DNA of 21,695 nt from the NCBI GenBank assembly GCA_044345055.1, contig JBIJBT010000047.1:1-21695 (forward strand), read 5' to 3'. This DNA is from Bdellovibrionota bacterium. Lineage in GTDB: Bacteria > Bdellovibrionota_C > UBA2361 > OMIW01. The notes under the pieces are model-generated. The model was given only the letters and a program-made list of their open reading frames with translations. It made no database searches and had not been told where the DNA came from. The position numbers and the translations under genes are program-made. How positions within the stretch are numbered: position 1 is the first letter of the stretch; every line of letters starts with the position of its first letter. This document shows positions 18,597-21,695 of this stretch, piece after piece.

Positions 18597-18637
18597 GAGA
18601 TCTGTAAAGCGGAGAACATTCCACCAGGAGGGTTTTT

Positions 18638-18850
18638 ATGTCAATCGGATCGATAGGAAGTATAGCACAGGCCGCAGCAGTCATCACTCAATCGGCACCC
18701 ACAAATAAATCGAAAGCCGCCGAAAAGGTCGGTGCAGAGGCGGTTGTGGTGAAGAAAGGGGAAGAAGCTTCAGAGGGAAGCGGGTCGAACAGCGCTGAGG
18801 AACTAAAAGAATCTCAGGCTAGCGGTTCTAAGGTAAATACATTTGCTTAA
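18638..18850 (+). CDS. Small low-complexity protein, possibly flagellar-regulon associated
   Basis: Strong SD AGGAGG before the ATG; MSIGSIGS start and GSKVNTFA end resemble small flagellum-associated proteins ending G..(V/I)(D/N)..A. Confidence 0.75.
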   Translation: MSIGSIGSIAQAAAVITQSAPTNKSKAAEKVGAEAVVVKKGEEASEGSGSNSAEELKESQASGSKVNTFA

Positions 18851-18988
18851 TCAGAATGTTGCGCTTAACAATCCAGATAACCTCCCATAATCGCTCAGAT
18901 TTTTTGGGGGGTATATTGGCAGCAGCGGACCTTAAATGAAAACATCTTTAGACTTTTTTACAGCAGGGCTTATGCGGCAATCGTTAAA

Positions 18989-19369
18989 ATGAAACTTAGA
19001 AAACCGGAGCCCTGCCTCGCGATCCTTGCCGCGCTTGTGCTCGGTCGGATCGTTTTTGATGCGATTCCCCTCAAAAAAACCTCGCAAACTAATCGGTCGG
19101 TACAGGTAACCCCTGTTTTGGCTTCCGAGCATCTCCTGGCACAGCGGCGATGTGTGAGCTCTCATCTGCTCGCCGATCCACGCGCAGCTCACATCTTACC
19201 GATAGTGTCGCCAGAATTGACCGTTCTCCTCCTTAACCAATCCCGCCTGAACCAATTCGAGAATCAATCCGCTGAAGAGGTACAAACAGCTCTTGAAACC
19301 GTTCACGGAATCGGCCCAAAAAAATCCTCTAGACTTCTTTCCTATCTCTGCACGGATGGCGAGAGTTGA
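18989..19369 (+). CDS. ComEA-like helix-hairpin-helix protein with N-terminal membrane anchor
   Basis: Hydrophobic CLAILAALVLGRIVF, a degenerate HhH (HILPIVSPELT) and a clear HhH (LETVHGIGPKKSSRL). Confidence 0.65.
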   Translation: MKLRKPEPCLAILAALVLGRIVFDAIPLKKTSQTNRSVQVTPVLASEHLLAQRRCVSSHLLADPRAAHILPIVSPELTVLLLNQSRLNQFENQSAEEVQTALETVHGIGPKKSSRLLSYLCTDGES

Positions 19370-19395
19370 CCGGTAGCCCACCCGACACCTGCACG

Positions 19396-19411
19396 AGGCA
19401 CAACTTTTGCT
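19396..19411 (+). promoter_or_regulatory. Candidate sigma54 (-24/-12) promoter for the mot-fliM operon
   Basis: AGGCAC-AACTT-TTGCT matches TGGCAC-N5-TTGC with exact GG-N10-GC spacing, 47 nt upstream of the motA ATG. Confidence 0.65.
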
Positions 19412-19458
19412 GAGCTCCTGGCACACAGTCGCATGAACTTGCTTCAGGGGTCAGTATT

Positions 19459-20262
19459 ATGACGGAACGAACATATTCCTATGACGCCGAACCAAGGCTA
19501 GGAGGAACATCACCGAGTCTGCTGGGAATGGGTGTTGCCCTTACCGCGCTTATTCTGCTCACGGTATACACTGTGGCCACCTCCCGCCAATTCATAGACA
19601 TTCCGAGTATTGCGCTCGTTCTTGGCGGCACGATAGGTGCGACTCTTTTGCAATATTCAATAGCTGAAGTTCACCAATCCCTCCGATTGCTTAGGCTCTG
19701 CTTTGCCCAAACAGCATCGTCCCCGTTCGAGCGTGTTCAGATTCTAATCGATCTTGCTCATACCGTGAGAGAGCACGGTCTACTTGCGCTTGAGAATGCA
19801 GCATTACGAACTGAAGATCCATTTTTACAGACCGGCTTACGAATTGCTGCTGATGGAGATCGAATGCACGATCTTCGCCCAATACTCGAGAACGAAATGT
19901 TGAGAGCCGAGGATCGATTAGAGCACGCCGCAGCAATTATTGGAGCGATGGGTAACTATGCCCCTGCAATGGGATTAATTGGCACCCTTATTGGTCTAAT
20001 TCAGATGCTCTCATCGCTCAACGATCCAACTCATGTGGGTCCCTCAATGTCACTTGCGTTAGTTTCGACTCTGTATGGATCACTAGCGGCAAATATCTGC
20101 TTTTTACCGCTATCGGGAAAGCTTCGCTCACGAAATGACCAAGAAACGCTCACCCGAAGAATTACGATCGAGGGATTAATTGGACTTGCGACCCTTGAGT
20201 CACCTACGGTGCTATCGCAGAAATTGCGCAGCTTCGTCGCGGGGACCACGTACGATGGATAG
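19459..20262 (+). CDS. motA: Flagellar stator A subunit (MotA/PomA family)
   Basis: FIDIPSIALVLGGTIGA, REHGLLALE (rotor-facing Arg/Glu), DPFLQTGL, YAPAMGLIGTLIGLIQML, MSLALVSTLYG, FLPLSGKL; lies upstream of motB-like genes and fliM. Confidence 0.93.
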   Translation: MTERTYSYDAEPRLGGTSPSLLGMGVALTALILLTVYTVATSRQFIDIPSIALVLGGTIGATLLQYSIAEVHQSLRLLRLCFAQTASSPFERVQILIDLAHTVREHGLLALENAALRTEDPFLQTGLRIAADGDRMHDLRPILENEMLRAEDRLEHAAAIIGAMGNYAPAMGLIGTLIGLIQMLSSLNDPTHVGPSMSLALVSTLYGSLAANICFLPLSGKLRSRNDQETLTRRITIEGLIGLATLESPTVLSQKLRSFVAGTTYDG

Positions 20263-20779
20263 CCTCGAACTGCGCTCTACAGCTGGCAATATACTCTCAC
20301 GGCCACGCCCATCGCTAATTGCGCCGTATCAACGAAAAAGGTTATCTCGCTTCGATGAGAGGAATAGTGAAAACCGGGCAAATTCATTTGCCACTCAATA
20401 TACTGGACTTATCCTAATCGTATTTACGGTAATAATCGGCTCACTCTCGACAGCCCAGCTTGAGAAACAGACGGGATCTGAGACCTCACAAAAAACGGCT
20501 CCGCTTGGAAAGGTGAGTCTTGATCGATTATTTGATGAGAGCTCGAGCAGTCCAGATCCAGACCAGCTTGCCGCACTAAAAGAGCTTTTAAGTCGTCACG
20601 ACATTCATGGGCAGTTGATACTCCCGTTCACAAAAAAATCGGCACGATTGAGCTTCAAACGAATTGTTGCTCTCCGCAACCAGACAAAGCAGATTGGAAT
20701 ACCTTCATCGTATCTCGCGATAGAGCTTGATGAAGATCACACGAAAGCCCCTGTCCTCATTCTTGAGCACGCCCAATGA
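20255..20779 (+). CDS. Divergent MotB-like single-pass membrane protein lacking the conserved Asp
   Basis: ATG 20255 overlaps the end of motA. TM FATQYTGLILIVFTVII aligns without gaps to the MotB motif. C-terminal LFDESSS...LSFKRIVALR...GIPSSYL resembles an eroded OmpA-like domain. Confidence 0.6.
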   Translation: MDSLELRSTAGNILSRPRPSLIAPYQRKRLSRFDERNSENRANSFATQYTGLILIVFTVIIGSLSTAQLEKQTGSETSQKTAPLGKVSLDRLFDESSSSPDPDQLAALKELLSRHDIHGQLILPFTKKSARLSFKRIVALRNQTKQIGIPSSYLAIELDEDHTKAPVLILEHAQ

Positions 20780-21315
20780 TCCAAAACGGTACTAATCAGC
20801 CAACCGCATCAACTAAAATCAATTATCGCTCAACTCCTCGTCGAAATACCGTTTCCAACACGGCTTCCTGGATGATCACGTTTGGCGATCTTATTACCCT
20901 CCTTTTGTGCTTTTTTCTCGCTCTCGTGAGCACCGGCGCATACAAACCGGGAAACCGTCACCTTCCTGACACAGATCATGGTCCAGTTTTTGCTCAAATA
21001 GGTAAGGAGGTGCTTGACCCGTCAAAAAATCGTCAAAGCTTGCCCCCTTGGTTCATCAGCGAGGCGGATTTGATGAAGCGTGAGGTGATGTCTAAGCGAT
21101 TAGCTGAAATGAGTTCCTCGAACGCAACGGAGAAAGTGATGCTCGTCGAGAGCTGTAGGGGAGATGAGAACGAAATCGTAGAGAGAGATTTTCGTCAAAT
21201 CAATGCTGCCTCGATTGGATTGCCGTTCGTAAGGCGGTTTGGATTCAGAGAGGAGCCCTGCCCTTCCGGACTAGAGAATAGGTCCGTAGCAGCAATCACG
21301 ATTATCGAAGAATAG
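20776..21315 (+). CDS. motB: Flagellar stator B subunit, short, with degenerate periplasmic domain
   Basis: Canonical TM WMITFGDLITLLLCFF with Asp; ATGA overlap with the preceding gene; only 179 aa. Confidence 0.8.
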   Translation: MIQNGTNQPTASTKINYRSTPRRNTVSNTASWMITFGDLITLLLCFFLALVSTGAYKPGNRHLPDTDHGPVFAQIGKEVLDPSKNRQSLPPWFISEADLMKREVMSKRLAEMSSSNATEKVMLVESCRGDENEIVERDFRQINAASIGLPFVRRFGFREEPCPSGLENRSVAAITIIEE

Positions 21316-21344
21316 AACTAAAGAGAGAGTACCAAAGCCAGCCC

Positions 21345-21695
21345 ATGAATCAGATTCTATCCCAGGACGAAATTAACTCACTGCTCCGCGGGCTCTCCGA
21401 CGGTGACATGTCGGATATGGGAGATCTTCCACTTGAGGATCCCAGCGGCGCTCAACGATTTGATCTTGCCAATCAGGAAAGAATCGTCAGAGGCCGAATG
21501 CCGACGATGGAGCTTATCCACGATCGGTTCGCGCGACAATTCCGAGTTCACCTCGCTAAATTTCTCGGACGTCAATGTTTCGCAAACGTTGGTACGGTTG
21601 AGATGGTGAAATTTGGAGCTTTCATGAAAAAGCTCCCTCTACCCTCATCGCTCCATATTGTCCGGATGCCACCACTCTCTGGCAACGCCCTGATG
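21345..21695 (+). CDS. fliM: Flagellar motor switch protein FliM (5' part, truncated by the window end; not in the ORF track)
   Basis: Manual translation from ATG 21345: MNQILSQDEINSLL (CheY-binding motif)...RFDLANQERIVRGRMPTMELIHDRFAR...KFGAFMKKLPLPSSLHIVRMPPLSGNALM. Confidence 0.95.
   Translation, partial: MNQILSQDEINSLLRGLSDGDMSDMGDLPLEDPSGAQRFDLANQERIVRGRMPTMELIHDRFARQFRVHLAKFLGRQCFANVGTVEMVKFGAFMKKLPLPSSLHIVRMPPLSGNALM

Noticed and set aside
19459..21315. Zorya (ZorA/ZorB) or ExbB/TolQ system
   Set aside because: The A subunit has flagellar REHGLLALE motifs and no long ZorA tail, and the operon continues into fliM.
21378..21609. 65-aa and 68-aa ORFs in the track
   Set aside because: Shadow frames of fliM, which the track missed because its stop lies outside the window.

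Overview
A mostly housekeeping stretch of a bacterial chromosome. The gene styles (FliM, motA-motB-motB, iscS-mnmA-rnc-der) suggest a deltaproteobacterial/Bdellovibrionota-like organism; this is inference only. Left to right: a membrane-anchored Hanks-type Ser/Thr kinase (-), class I fumarate hydratase, an orphan ORF, an AmpD-like amidase, a small hypothetical gene, tRNA-Arg(UCG), and thyA-folA (-). Next is an orphan block of a 688-aa ORF, an array of four GGTGCCAGGCACC palindromes and a ~160-aa ORF. A long minus-strand run follows (iscS-mnmA-rnc-der-guaA-asd), then the start of a flagellar cluster: a small gene with a sigma28-like promoter, a ComEA-like HhH gene, a sigma54 site, motA, two divergent motB-like genes and fliM, which runs off the window. 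No cas genes, transposases, integrases or recognisable defence systems are visible. Best leads: (1) a stator locus where one MotB paralog lacks the essential Asp and both paralogs have eroded peptidoglycan-binding domains; (2) the orphan-palindrome array-orphan module; (3) an RNase III with a ~160-aa basic, low-complexity N-terminal extension. All family calls come from reading motifs by eye; no searches were run.
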